NCBI GenBank assembly: GCA_965235115.1
Contig: OZ249447.1
Location: forward strand, 7,750,001 to 7,814,000
Reading direction: 5' to 3'
Length of the DNA: 64,000 nucleotides
DNA from: Laetmonice hystrix
Lineage: Eukaryota
Shown piece after piece: positions 50,768 through 64,000 of this stretch. The notes below the pieces were generated by a model. The model saw nothing but the letters and a program-made list of their open reading frames with translations. It had not been told where the DNA came from and searched no databases. Each line of letters begins with the position of its first letter. Within the stretch, counting starts at the first letter, position 1. Both the position numbers and the translations under genes were made by a program.

Positions 50768-52122
50768 CTTAAGGCTACTAATATACATAAACAGAACGCA
50801 ACATTCGCGACAGTTTCCAAGATTGCGTTCAGTATTGACGTAATCGTATTTATAGATAAGTAATAGTGCACACCGGAAGACATAACAATATCACTTAAAT
50901 CTGTCTGAGCTTTGTTCATACATGTTTCTGAACATTCATTCATTCTCTTCTTATTCTTTGAGATGATTGGAACTCCTAGACATAAAGATCCCCACTCATT
51001 ATCGGATTGCTTTCGGAAGTATTTGTAATTTCGAAATGGCACAGTTTAGAACAGCCGAATGGTATTAGCTCGTAAAGCAAAGAATATCGAATCATTATTG
51101 TCGAAGAATATAAAATCTGCTACAGTCGACAGATTTATTCATATTGTGAAATGTGGGCCAAGATATTGTAATCTGGTAGCTATAAAAATGATTACTCCTG
51201 TAATGATGTTACCACAAGCAGCTCATATATCATGAGTGATGACGGCATCCATCCACCGCCCTTCATCATGCACAGATGGAAGATTTATCCTTACTGTTTT
51301 CAAATTTAATCTTTTATGATTGTGTCATGTTACACCCCGCGGTTAGAAATTTAATGTTTTAAACTATCCGGGGTAGCATCCAAGGCTCTCCACCGATACC
51401 TAACACACATCACATCGGAGATTCCTAGTCATTAAAACGACCGCTAAACATGTTAGCCTCAAAGTAGTTTCTATGGCCTTCTTTTTAAGTTTGGATGTTT
51501 AGCTTTGATGAATCAGCGATATGTTGAATAAAAGAAATGTGTTTGAAACTGGTTGGTAAGCCCGCTAGCGTTCTGATGTATACTACGGCACAGCTCGCCC
51601 AGTGATTTAATACTCGATGCCTGGAATCATGTCGTATTTATACTGGTTACGTCATCGATCACGTCAACACTGGCGTGTTCTAGTTACGTGATACCCTGAT
51701 GAATAGATTATGCACCATTTTCTCTCTACTTTATTTGAAAAGCAAATGAAAGCCACTGCATAATTGCATCGCTCAGGAATCTATGGCATATGTAAACGCA
51801 CTTTATCCACGCCGGTTCACATGTCGGCGCAAAGATAGGAAGCGAACTGTTGTCTTCACCCGATGCGTCAACGGCGCTTGATGAGAGAGTCGAATTGAAT
51901 TTCTATATAAAACGAAATAGCAAAAGAAACGTCATCTTTAGGAAGTCTACTTAAAGTTTATCAAATAAGTAAACCTATTCAGTAGGAGTAAATATCAATT
52001 AAAACTCTTATGTACATTTCCACTCCTCGCATATGTTTACAATTTTCATCAATTTGACATGTAAATAGTGTGTGACGCAGTATGTGTACACAATATTTCG
52101 TCACTTCATCACAGATTGAAGA

Positions 52123-53105
52123 CTAGATTTTCCATGGGAAGTTCAAGTCATATCCAAACATAATAAAGTCGGGCAAAAATGCTTGGACAAGCTTCGATAT
52201 GTCGCTGCGTGATAACGTTTTGTAGTAATCGTTCATTACTTCTCGTGTGGTAGCGCCCGAAGGCATGATTGTCGGGAAGGGTGCAGGGCAGTCACTTTGA
52301 GACAACTTGCCTAACATGTAAGTTGAGTCAATGGCGAAAGTATCAAACTTTCCAATAAAGTCGTATTTAATTGAACATGGATGGCACAAGTCATAGTAAG
52401 AGGTCCAGTGAGGATTCGACGTTCGTCCAGACAGGGTTTTCTTGGTGACATACCTCACAAACTCTGTAAAGGTCACATCATTACCTTCGACGAGCGACTC
52501 TTTGCTCGGGTCTTTCCGTAACGCCTTGATAATCCGTCGGCCATATTTATGCTGGAAGTGTTCTGTCCACTTGTTGTGTATCGTGAATTTATCTCGGTAA
52601 GCTGACAGCAGGCGTTCCAGCGGGTGTCGGACGAACATGAACTTGAAATATTTTTCCATGCGCATTCTAATTTCGTCCAAAGGGTACGTATTCAAATACC
52701 GCATGCCAAATTGGTTCAAGAGCGCTTCATCGTGAACATCGAGTAACCTTAGCGTTTCATCATTCGTGTCATTCAGGTGCCCTGACAAGCGAATCATTGC
52801 GCGTTTCCAGTTGGTACAAGCAACCTTTGGGACCACACAGTACATCATCTGGTGCTTGTCATCCACTAGAAGATTTCCTAACAGTTTCGGGACAAGAATT
52901 CTCTTCTGCCAGCCGCATGACGTAATGTTTGACGGATGTGACGTCATACGCGGTGCCACGGTTGTCGTGCAGCGGTTACAGTTTCTCCACATCTCGCGTA
53001 ATCTCGAGTCCTGCACGTTAGCCATCCACTCCTGGTCTACTATTTGTTGATGACATCCCTCGCCGCTATCTACGTCCGACCTGTCCGTATGGTTCCTCTG
53101 CGACT
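52123..53105 (-). CDS. Carbohydrate sulfotransferase (CHST11-14/HNK-1ST family, Sulfotransfer_2), catalytic terminal exon
   Basis: Lies within ORF 52123..53124. Contains the 5'-PSB motif YCVVPKVACTNWKR, the 3'-PB motif FMFVRHPLERLLSAYRDK, HW..YYDLCHPCSIKYDFIGKFDT and the C-terminal DFIMFGY. Acceptor tattacag|AG at 53105 (phase 1). Most like CHST11, but the paralog cannot be fixed without a tree. Confidence 0.95.
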
Positions 53106-54662
53106 CTGTAATATGTGTACACACAGCAGAACTTTTATATCATTGTGTATGGGAATCAATTGTCTAATTCTATTTCTACATACTACAGTGGTAACTCATA
53201 CAGAACGTTAATTATTGCAAATGGGGTTCTTTCCTTGGGTTCGTTATTTTCGTTGTACATGTTAAGTGGAATGCGTGCTTTTGGAAGCAGACACGTAGTA
53301 GATATGGCGTACGAGTTGAAATCACTGTGGTAATATGTGTCCTTGGAACACAAGCTAAAATCTCTGTAATTAGTGAGACTTGTAAGTGCATGAAGATGAG
53401 GAACTTCCTCGCAATGCAGAGAGTGAGGTCAAGGGATGAGGGTTCTCATCCGTCAATTGTGACATCGCCATGATGGATAGAAATGCATCAATTGCGTGCA
53501 AGTCGATATTTTAGAAGCCCTCCTTTGTATCCCTGTGGTCATATGGGCTTCACTCTCAGACACTGACTTATACGAACTCTGGCGGGCTTAACAAGAACAT
53601 CGCGAGGTACGAGTGTATTTCTCTTTTGTTCAATCACAGTAATAGCATAACCTGGTGACATGCGCGGGGAGGTTAATGTAAGGAGGTCTGCCATTGGACA
53701 ATACCGGTTCTCGGTAAGTACATCTCGAACACTCCAAGCTCTGAAGAAAAGAACATCGAGAACTCATTAACCGAACTGGCCCGCGTCTCTCAGTACTTAC
53801 ATCTACGACAGGCGTATCATGTCTGACTAAAGTAGGGCTTGCTGTGGGGAACAGAAGGCTGTCTCAGAGAACAACTGCAATCACTGTAAATTCATCGGAA
53901 GGCAAGAGAAGCGCTGCAAAACGGGTCCCTGTAGGTTTCCAATCAGCTACAGCGTGTTTGCCAGAGATGGGCAAAAGGGCATACTCTTCTGATTATGCTG
54001 TAACCAGCTTGCATGTTGAGCCGATGTAGTTGATACGCAATATGGACAGGTTCCAGTGGGTCAGACAAAGCTGTGTCTGCTCAGATTGATTCTGCTGGTT
54101 CGTTGTTGACGCTGCCAATGATTGAAAGAATCCAGCGCGACAAGAGTTGAGCCTGCTGGTATCGTCTGCTACAGAAAGCAACCACTGATATTGAACATGA
54201 ACTGACAATATTCCCTGTAGAATGTCGTTCATCGACAGCAGAGATCTCTCAGCAATATTCATGTGAACCACAACCATGTAATTAACAGTCAACGAACACA
54301 ATGCTTCAGTCTGATGGCAGGAAGCAGATGAGGGAAACGAATTTTCTTAGTTTTCAATAAATCTTTGCCCAAAACGTTGATATCTTGGATATCGTGAGCA
54401 TTAACTAAATCCATTTGGTGTCCCACCCTCCTCACTAAGACAATACGAGCCTACTAAAGTAAATAATCGTCAGATGCACGCTCATGAAAATCCTTCGTTG
54501 CAAGCCTTCCAATGATATTTTATCATCTATTATATTTTCGGGCTGAGGTTTGATATCTAACCCTGTATCGTATGCGATCATGTACACGATGAAGTAGGCC
54601 TATACTCGGACTGAACATTCTCTTAATGGCCAGAACCGTGACAGTCAGGAAATGACCTTCAG

Positions 54663-54924
54663 CAGTGGCGTAGATACCGGGGGCGGGGTGGGGACAGACT
54701 GACCCTCTGGAAGTGTTTTTGGAAGAAAGTAAGCCTAATTGCATATCGCCTTAATTTACTATAGGTTTTACTGTAGTGCAATAGAATTGTTTCCTGGATC
54801 TATTAGAACTGTGAGTTGATTCGTTGTTTTTCATTTTCGCATTAAAAAACAGACGTGATCATCAACATAAATAAAATTATTACGGTTTTTAGGGAAATTT
54901 AATATCCCCCTTGCTACGCCAATG
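54663..54924. mobile_element. hAT-like MITE in the CHST intron
   Basis: TIRs cagtggcgtag / ctacgccaatg (1 mismatch); the 8-bp flanks accttcag and cccttaag match at 6 of 8 positions, consistent with an aged 8-bp TSD. Confidence 0.65.
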
Positions 54925-55202
54925 CCCTTAAGTTGAGCCGTATGTTAGCATAGGGTGAATGGCCTAAAACCACATATTTCCCTCTATTCTCAGCAGAACC
55001 CCCTTGACTATGTCTGTGATCACCCTACTGTCAAACTAATCTTTTAAAAGGGCTTACACATGTCCCAACTCAGAGTTAGGCCACCCAATTGCTTTGCTTC
55101 ACCATTCCTACTAGACTTCACCAGGACCTGGTTACTGGGTATTAGTAGAAAGACAAAACGGGAGATACTTATGTAGGATGAGCCACAGAAAGACATTATT
55201 AC

Positions 55203-55380
55203 CTGTTCCACCTTGATTTTCGAAGTAACGTAAATCCATTTCTAGATCGGCCAAAGCCAGAGCACGTGGGCCACTGTCCGTCTGGGCGATATTTGAGGAG
55301 AGGACCATCATGGCTGCCGTCAAGAGCAGCCCGGCGTATGGCCCCCAGCGACGCCACCTTCCGGCCCGTGGTCGAGCCAT
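55203..55380 (-). CDS. CHST-like first coding exon: type II membrane signal-anchor
   Basis: ATG at 55380 gives MARPRAGRWRRWGPYAGLLLTAAMMVLSSNIAQ.., a basic cytoplasmic tail followed by a hydrophobic anchor. There is an in-frame stop upstream. The donor ACAG|gtaata is phase 1 and matches the 53105 exon; the joined CDS is 1161 nt (386 aa). Confidence 0.8.
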
Positions 55381-58300
55381 TCTCGGGTTCTGGCAGTCAG
55401 CTAGCACCTTGTTTTAGTCCGCGGAAATGCCCGGCCCTCATCGGCTGTTGACACGGCTACATCGCTGTGTAAAGCTTGCGACGGGTAGGAGCTGGTTATA
55501 TAGCAGGCCGGTCGGGCACCAACACAGCGACTTCCGCCGGTAATCAATAGTTGGAGCGGGTCGAAAAGCAAGCGCTTCAAGCAGCCGTAGGGAGCGGTGG
55601 CCAATATCGCCAGTATGGAGGCAATAGAGCGTACAGACCTTGGTCTCAGCACAACTATTCACAACTCACACCGCATCATCCCGTTACAGTTCTCTCCGAA
55701 TAATTGACGGGGAAAAGGGAGAATGCACTCAGAAATGTACTTTAATAACTTAATGGAGTGACACTGGTCGGAGCCGAGCTGTGTGGTAGAATTACACCAT
55801 CAATGTACGTCCAGGCACAAGTCTTAGTTATCGTTTCCTCCAGTAGGCCCCGTATGTTAGACCCGCCTGGCGTGTTTAACACGTGTATTCTTGATCAATC
55901 ACTCCGCTCCACTGGAGACACGTGGAATTATCGAATAAGTCGTGCTGCATTCAGAGCAGGTCCCCCACACGGCCGCCTGAAAACATCCTCCGGGGCCTTT
56001 CGTCAGGTCCCGATCGTGGCCCACGTCGCTTCCAGACGTGGTCGGCAGATTGGCCCCTATCCCTCCAGGGTATCTCGATGGAGCAAAAATCTGTCTCAGC
56101 AGAACATCACAACGCAGAATCAATTGGCTTCCTGCAATAGCAACCGCTCCCACCCCCCGGCCCGACGTCTTCACAAAGGCTGGCATTCAATTGGCCATTG
56201 TTAAGCGTGGTCACGTTTGCCGATCTGCAGGGGTCCCGGTCCCCTTTGGGCTGCAACAATAATCGATGGTGATGTACCGCCCTTTTAGACCAGGCAGACG
56301 ACAAACGTTTGGGATCTGATAGCAACCGCTTACTCGGAGACTATCGGGGGTTAGTGTACAATAAGGAAATAACCAGCAATTGTTCTTTGGTTTCTTTTCA
56401 CTACTTTAAGGCGTTCAGTCAACTCTGGAAATCTGGGCTGTAATTCCGTCTAGGTCCTTTCCTTATCTGCAAGCTAGACTGGCATTCATGAAACACCTAC
56501 TTTGTTCTGTAGTCGTATTCAGAGAGATATAGGGTGACTTGAGGTGAGAAGACCCTGAACAGCACACAGTTGGAATATGACAGTTGGAAGATGATGGGTT
56601 AGATTAGTCTAACTATAATTAAACCAGACCCGGGTCACGCGGTACATTGTGACGGGTTCTCACTAGCTAGGTAAGGCGTCTCATTCTGGGGGAACCATCT
56701 ACCCCCTGAAATTTGCCTAAAAATAAAAACAAAAAATAAATCTGGATGCCTGACTGGTTCACATGAACCAGTGTGAACCGGTCTGAATCCGCGCCTTTAT
56801 TCAAAATGCCTCATCCCAAACATAACGTTATTATATGTCGTAAATACATATTCATTTCCACAGTTTCATTGCAGGAACGTGTTCTATACCTGGAGTTGGC
56901 CACAATGAAGAGAAGCTTTGGTCGTCGGTTGGCGCGATGACTTTTGTCGGAACATTATTAGGGCCAGTACAAAAACGCGTTGACTGTGGGTCCCGACTGA
57001 TGGCAAAGAATGAAGAGAAAATGATGCTCGTTGTCTTTGAGGGATTCATTTTCATGAAATCGAACAGATTTTTTAAAAAATAAGACGAAAACCAAGTAAT
57101 TAACTTTCATTGATTTTCGCAAAATCGTTAGCGTGAACAAAACTGATTACTTAACGAACGCAACACCAGAACTGGACAAAAGTAACTGTACAATACATTG
57201 TTAGGACCCATGATTAGATGTCTGTGCGCACGCGCATGAGCGTCACATTGATCGATGCCAAATAGAACTCGCGATTTAAACGAGAGCGTGCTGCCTTTCA
57301 CTCTCCCTATATAGCCTGTGAGCCAAGATAAAGCCACCTAATGAAGCAGTTTCTTGTCATCAAGATCCTTTCTGCTTTTGTACTTTCCATAGAATCCCCG
57401 GCAATTAAGAAGTATCGATTGGAATATGTCGGAGGTGTTGCAATCTAATATCGATTAAAAAAATATAGACTACGACCCACATAGCAAGTTTGGTGAAGGG
57501 CAACCTACATATTGTCCACCACGGGATCGAACTAATCTGAAGACTCCTAAATCCATTGCGCGTTGCCTCCCCCCCCCCCACCCAAAAAAAGTAATATAAA
57601 TGCATAGTGTAAACCGCAATCCAAAAGACTTTTTTTCTTTTTTTTATTCACATTTTTAGCCTGGCAGCGGATCAGGCAGCGCCTGTTCTTCCCCCGTTGC
57701 CAGGCTGACACCCTTTTAATCCACCAAAGATATGCACCATGTTCTCATGAGACTAAATCCAGAGAAGAAAGCATACATGATGGTTACAAGGAAAGGACAT
57801 AGGCTGTAGGGAGAAAATGGAAATGTAGTGTAAAACTAAAAATAGGATAACTCGGCCCGCCGAATGCATGCCAGAACCTTTGATTATGAAACGCCGCTCT
57901 TTATGAGAACAAAGCGCTGGATCCTATCAGTGGTGTTAAACTAAGCTTTGATTCTTATTCATGAAATGCTTATCGGAAGCCAGTGTCCTTTACCACTGAG
58001 CGATTATGCCCGTATTATCGCTGGGGTGCCCCAGTGAAAGGTTAATCCTGTGACCCCAGAACCCCCTAATATCGATTACGTGTCAACTGGTCGCCCACAT
58101 CGTGGCCATGTTATCTTTTCTCATGTTCCGGAACCCGGTCAGACCGTGATCTCTCATCACCTTCCCCATCACTCGACAATCCGTTAATTCAACGCATTCA
58201 CAAGGATGCCAACTTTTTCGTGGAATTTGACGAAACGTGAGCCATTCTCAAGTGAAAATCACGTGCCCGCCTTCAACTTTTGACCTCGGCCAGGACCATT

Positions 58301-61300
58301 TGAAGCCATCGACGTCACTGGAGTCTCTTTCCACCATAAAGATTTCTTCCTCCAAAATTCTGATGTTCGCTCGGGGCCTTCCGTTCTCCCATGCCTCTCC
58401 TCAAAAAGGAATAAACCAAGGCCCTAAGACCTATATTTTCTCATCAAAGAAAATCTGAGCCCTTGCCTTCACCGAGTACAATATCTCTGTTTTCTGCCCT
58501 GACATCTCCTTCACTCCTGGCACGCTCTGTTGACGTAGGTAATTTCCTGATGCTCAGATACGAGTATGTAGTTAAACTTGTTCCCATGATAGCTTGTTAT
58601 AATCAAGAGGAGAGGAAGAACGTTTCGAAACTCGCTTGTAATAGAAGACTCTTCGAACAATGCAGGCTGATTCTGAAATTCTGCGGATAGAAGATTGAGT
58701 TGTGCTAACGTGTTATCGAACACGTTTGTCCAATAGTGTCAGCTTTGCCAATCTCCTTCATCGCAGTGCATTATTCGTCTACGTTCCATCTGACATTCAA
58801 CAAATAGCTGCTCCTTGTGTTCATGATAGAGTTAGCATTCGGGCATTATTGTCACTACTAACAATAGCGCTAGGGCTACTTGAAATCAAAGACTTGAATC
58901 CTCAAGTAATCGACATCATGCAACTCTTGCAAGAGCTGATTCGTTGTAAATCACATGATGCGTTCAAATGAAAGCTTTGCTGTGATTGGTCGATACCGAA
59001 TACAAGCGACGATTGATGCTGGCCACTCGGTTTACGATTGATCTAGGATCAATTATTCAGAAAGCCGCCTCGTTTTAACACACACAGGGATCACTTATCA
59101 CTAGGACATAATCCCTTCCCGTTTGGACCACTTTGGTGCCGTGCGCAGAGCGGAGTGGGAAGAATACATCCTTTGATCTGTAGACCCGTGAGAAATACGT
59201 CAACCTCGTCTCCGGAAAGCGGAAGATGGTTTTTTATTCATGGATTCGGAAAATGTTGCCCACTGAGCATATTGTGTAGAGAGCTTGACGTCAGTGCGTT
59301 TGACCTGATATTCCCATTAGTGTACACAATTGTAGCTTCAGACAAATAATGCCAGATCTGACCGGAAGGATGTTCCTACAACATGCCTTGGGCAAACCGT
59401 CAGGACGTGACGTCACGGACCGTAGGGAACGCCACCCATTGTCTCTCCAACCATTCTCTAAAAGGTTCCAGGCCTGTGATCCAGTATGGTCACATCATTA
59501 TTCGGGGAGGCGGCACTTTCCCCCTTGCCCCCCCCCCCCCCATATGGGAGAGATTTGAAGCAGTTGTGTCTGAGGTCAATTATTGCCCTATATATTAAGA
59601 GAAGAACTACTACTCCGAGGGCTGGTTCTATAGCACATCCCTCTATTAATGACCTACCGTGGAGCTGAGTAAAGGAAACTGGTTCAGAGAATATGGACCT
59701 TTACGGTTTGCGATCTACGTGCTGTGTCACATGCAGCCATCTTTATTGAATCTATGTTGAGACATACAGGCGGTTATCAATGATTTCTGTGGCGCTACTA
59801 TATCCGTGATATACGGTGTTCCAATCTATCTCTTACATTATCTCTAGTGACGACACCGAACTGCCAATAATAACAGAATCTACGACATTGGCATCGTATA
59901 GCAGACAATGAACATCAGTCGCTTAAAGATACAGACTATGACAAATCTTGACCGCATGTGGTCGAACAACCTTCATCACCACCAGATCGGGTGTAAAGGG
60001 TCTGTGTGCCGCATGTACAACCCCGCCCAGGCGTCGGCAGTCGATAATACAGACGTTCGAGAGCTCCAAATTGATGAGTCTAAAGTCGTTACGTTCCAGT
60101 CGATCATCTGTCATGTCTCTAAAAGGCAGGGAGGACGGAATACTTGCAGCATGGGAAGACAATAACTTTCAAAATCATGTGATAATACATGCTCTGCCTT
60201 GGTGGAGCGCGGTGAAATGCTCTCCTGACCACCCAGCCATGTTATAAACAATGCCATGTAGACGCCAAGCGTTACCCTGATTAAATGTTTGGACGGATGA
60301 GTGCCGAGACGAGCTGGCGCGGTTTGTTGTGTACTCAACTAATGTAGGCATTGACTAATTGTCAGTGGGAATATCTCTACCCCGGCTCGCTTCATGTCCC
60401 GCAATTACTTGAAATAACATCAGGCCTGGCGGTTATTACACAGCTCGTTACATTTTATTTGCATGAATGCTCAGGAAATATGAACACGACATAGCAATAT
60501 TTTACACTTACCGTCATCATTAATTCGCATACATGTTGACATGCGCAAGATGTATGGGCTCATAATTTCCCATGGTTAAAGTACATTTGCATACTGCCAG
60601 TCAAATCTGAATTCTTATTATCAAGGCGCTGTATGCAACACCACGACAGTTCATGGTTCTTGCTCATTTTGCAGTGGGTGAAGTACATCAAGATTCACGC
60701 CCCTGCAGAAAGACGTCTGCTTACTAATAACGTAACGAAAAGAGGAAGCTCTCAGAACCAATCACTAAAACTGTATTGAATGTCGATAATACCTATAGAC
60801 AGCAATAATGCCGATGATACCAGGTCAAGGGTCAGGCGCCTCTTTCAAAATGAAGGCATATCTCATACACACCCTGTAGATAATGGCAAACGCCTCGGCC
60901 CATCACGTGGCTACACAAGTTTCGATCCCGCACCATTATGTAAATAAAGTGCTATGTACGGTGCCAGTTACCGCCACATTGACGATTGGAGAAAGAGCAG
61001 ATAGACTGCTATTAATGGGAACTTATCACTACAGCGCCACCTATCGGTTCCCGTCACATCACGTCACTGGTTCCCCGTCATTTCTGTCACAAGACGGCAC
61101 ACACAGAGCTCGGGTTGTCTGTCCACCCACCCACCCTACACAAATGAACACCATTAAAACGTTACAGAAGACGTTATGGTAACCCCGGTGGTGAGAAGAC
61201 ATGCGGGGTTTGGCGAACTGCGTATATATAAATATCCCATTCACCAGGACCGGTCCAACATATCTGAGACAACTAGCACCACTTTCCAAGGGATCAAAAT

Positions 61301-61359
61301 TACCGCCCATTGCGCCTTTGAAAAAAAAATAAAATCCATCTTCTGAATTTGGTTGAAAT

Positions 61360-61751
61360 GAGACCCAGCGAGCACAGTTCCAACCGTATGTGACACGTCA
61401 ATGGGACCCAGCGAGCACAGTTCCAACAGTATGTGACACGTCAATGGGACCCAGCGAGCACAGTTCCAACAGTATGTGACACGTCATTGGGACCCAGCGA
61501 GCACAGTGCCTACAGTATGTGACACGTCATTGGGACCCAGCGAGCACAGTTCCAACAGTATGTGACACGTCATTGGGACCCAACGAGCACAGTGCCAACA
61601 GTATGTGACACGTCATTGGGACCCAGCGAGCACAGTTCCAGGTGTATGTGACACGTCATTGGGACCCAGCGAGCACAGTTCCAACCGTATGTGACACGTC
61701 ATTGGGACCCAGCGAGCACAGTTCCAACAGTATGTGACACGTCATTGGGAC
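61360..61751. repeat. Minisatellite, 43-bp unit, about 9 copies
   Basis: Unit gggacccagcgagcacagttccaacagtatgtgacacgtcatt. Confidence 0.95.
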
Positions 61752-61842
61752 ATCATTGGGAACAGAAACGAGAGTGGGTGAACAGTAACGGCATCACGAC
61801 AGGAGAAGCGACGACAGCGAGAGGCGTGTAGGCTGTCACGGC

Positions 61843-61949
61843 GGGTGGTGGTGGTGGCGGTGGTGGTGGTGGTGGCGGTGGCGGTGGCGGTGGCGGCGGT
61901 GGCGGTGGTGGGTGGCGGTGGTGGTGGTGATGGTGGGGGGGGGGGGGGG
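61843..61949. repeat. (GGT/GGC)n microsatellite plus poly-G
   Basis: Directly visible. Confidence 0.95.
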
Positions 61950-64000
61950 TAACGAGGAGATATTGGTCAACGACCCTAGTAACGACGGCTGATGGAGCCA
62001 AAAGAGCATCATTAAACAAATCGGAAGGAGGAAGTGGTAAGAGCACCCATGACAACAGATAATGCAGATGATGGTCAGATTAACTGCATTAGAAAAAGTA
62101 GCAGCGGCTGCAACAGAAGTTGCTGACAGATGTACCAGCGGGAAGACAACCAGTTCACAGAGAAATAACTGGGTAGTGATAATTACGCTAATAAAATAAC
62201 TTAAGTATTGTTACAGAATGATTGATATATATCACGATCCTTCCTCACAGTAGAGCCAAGGATTTGAAACTTTAATGCATCATAACACCTTTCTCCCGTT
62301 TCCAGCTTCCTTTTCTTTTTACAGTCTTCCCGCCTTTGAACTTGGTGTTGAGGTAATTGCACTGAAAATTCAATTCCACTTATTGAATACTCATCCCAGC
62401 TAAGAAAGGGATAAAGGAAAATTCTACCGGGAAGAAAACCCAGTGACAAGTAATCAATCACTCGTAAGGCCCGCTGTTCATCAGCAATGGCATCAGGTGT
62501 GTAAGAGCTGAAATTGCTTTGAAACGAAAGTCAACTCCAAAACGCCCCCTCCCCGGTTCGTGGTAATTGTGAAGACACTCTGGCCGTATTATATGAATCT
62601 TTCAAAGCTCGGACCCCTAAGGGAACACCGTCATTACTTTCTTGCATCTGCTGACAATATTTCAAGGCAGTTCCGCTGTGCCTTTATCATTTTGTGATTG
62701 GAATCCTGTGTTCAGAATGCATTGCTCACCCGCCTCAATACATTCCTGTTATTTTGCGCGACTTACATGGCAACTCAATTGCCATTGATGTTATTGTTCT
62801 TTCTTCAGGCGTCAGACTTTTTCCTCTCCGTTATCAAAGCAAACGCAGCATGTAAAATGAGATCTTCGTGTTAAATACATTATTTGCACAATTGTTCATG
62901 AGAAACGCATGATGTGCCACAGAATCAAGGGACCATATGGCGGGCCATGAAGTTTTCCTCTTCTGTTTTTTAGCAATGAATGGTCTGTCTGTACAATATG
63001 GTCGCGGTTAGAATCCCTTGTCTCATTTTACTGTCAGTAGTATGACACAGCTCGGTGTAAAGTATGGGTAGTTTAATGGGAAGCTTGTCTGATCTATCTG
63101 ATCGTTAATGTAGAAATTATTTATAATTGTGGAATTGTAGAACTGTAGAAAAGTAAAATGTGTCATCCTGCAGGGCATAATAATAGTGTGCACCCCTCAA
63201 AACAGCATTTACTCCCCGCCTAAGGGTGATTGACCAAATCTATATCGGAATTGACATTTGCTGAGAGGCCCTAGACTCCTTCGCGGGAAGAGGAGGCGAT
63301 CAAATCGGCAAAACATCATTAAATTATGACAAAAAGAAAAAACCTTTTCATTTTATTAAACGGAGTAAAATAACTAAGTATATGATAAATTCGGAGCTCA
63401 TAAATTGGAAGGTGCCTTTCCATGGCCCATCCCTGCCCACCAGCCTCGCATAATCTGCTCCATTATTAGTTTTTGATCCACAAGGTAGTAAGTCAGGCTC
63501 TTGTATGGGCTTTACAAACACTTGTAAACGTTGCTAATTTCTATGTCTTCAAACGAAACAAAGACGCGTGTTTATCCTTAAAACTGAACATTACGGCCGC
63601 ACGCTTATACTAATTACTCCGTTCTCTTTGTGTGCACGCATTTCTTTGTTGTGACATTTAAAAGAACGTAATTACGGCTTTTATTTAAGCCTGCCACACA
63701 ATGCTAACCTCCGGCCGGGCGCCCTGATTAAGTCTGCTTCAATCTTCAATCTTTCCACTTGCGCGAACAACCGGATGCAGTTAACGCTTATTTCACACGC
63801 CAACAGGTATTGTGTAATATGATTGTCAATCTTTGGTCGTCGTAATTATAGCCAAATCTCACCATAATGTCTTCCTTTATACATTCGTTGACGTCATTTG
63901 CATGTCCGCCCGACAGCAAGGCGAGCGTGGAACACTGAGAGTTTAGCCGGAAGTGATGCCGTTTCTTCCCGCACATCTTATTTACAGCGTTTCTATGCTA

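Noticed and set aside
53993-54301. Possible extra CHST stem exon
   Set aside because: Not needed, since exons 55203-55380 and 52123-53105 join in phase and give a typical 386-aa protein; the donor is weak.
61753-62055. Poly-Pro/poly-His ORF
   Set aside because: It is the translation of a (GGT/GGC)n microsatellite and poly-G.

Overview
This is metazoan genomic DNA, probably a marine invertebrate bilaterian: it has spliceosomal GT-AG introns, many minisatellites and MITEs, and one 166-nt N gap. Three protein-coding genes on the minus strand can be assembled by hand. (1) An LRRK2-like gene: seven phase-consistent armadillo-region exons at 319-2978, continuing off the left edge; its most 5' exons were not located. 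(2) An IL-17-receptor-like gene (two FnIII-like ectodomains, a transmembrane helix and a SEFIR domain) at about 6831-13063, with a possible signal-peptide exon at 15459-15516. (3) A two-exon CHST11-like carbohydrate sulfotransferase at 52123-55380. The intervals 16-52 kb and 56-64 kb are mostly tandem arrays, MITEs and degraded coding-like relics, with no gene I can confidently name. The most striking unexplained structure is that tandem arrays sit exactly across exon-intron junctions: four of the seven LRRK2 exons and one IL17R exon have one, so their splice sites are multiplied. Two of these arrays have in-frame architecture: six in-frame donors 30 nt apart in LRRK2, and about 17 repeated acceptor/36-nt exon/GTGAGT donor units in IL17R. 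All gene models are manual, and the comparisons with human proteins are from memory, not from a database search.
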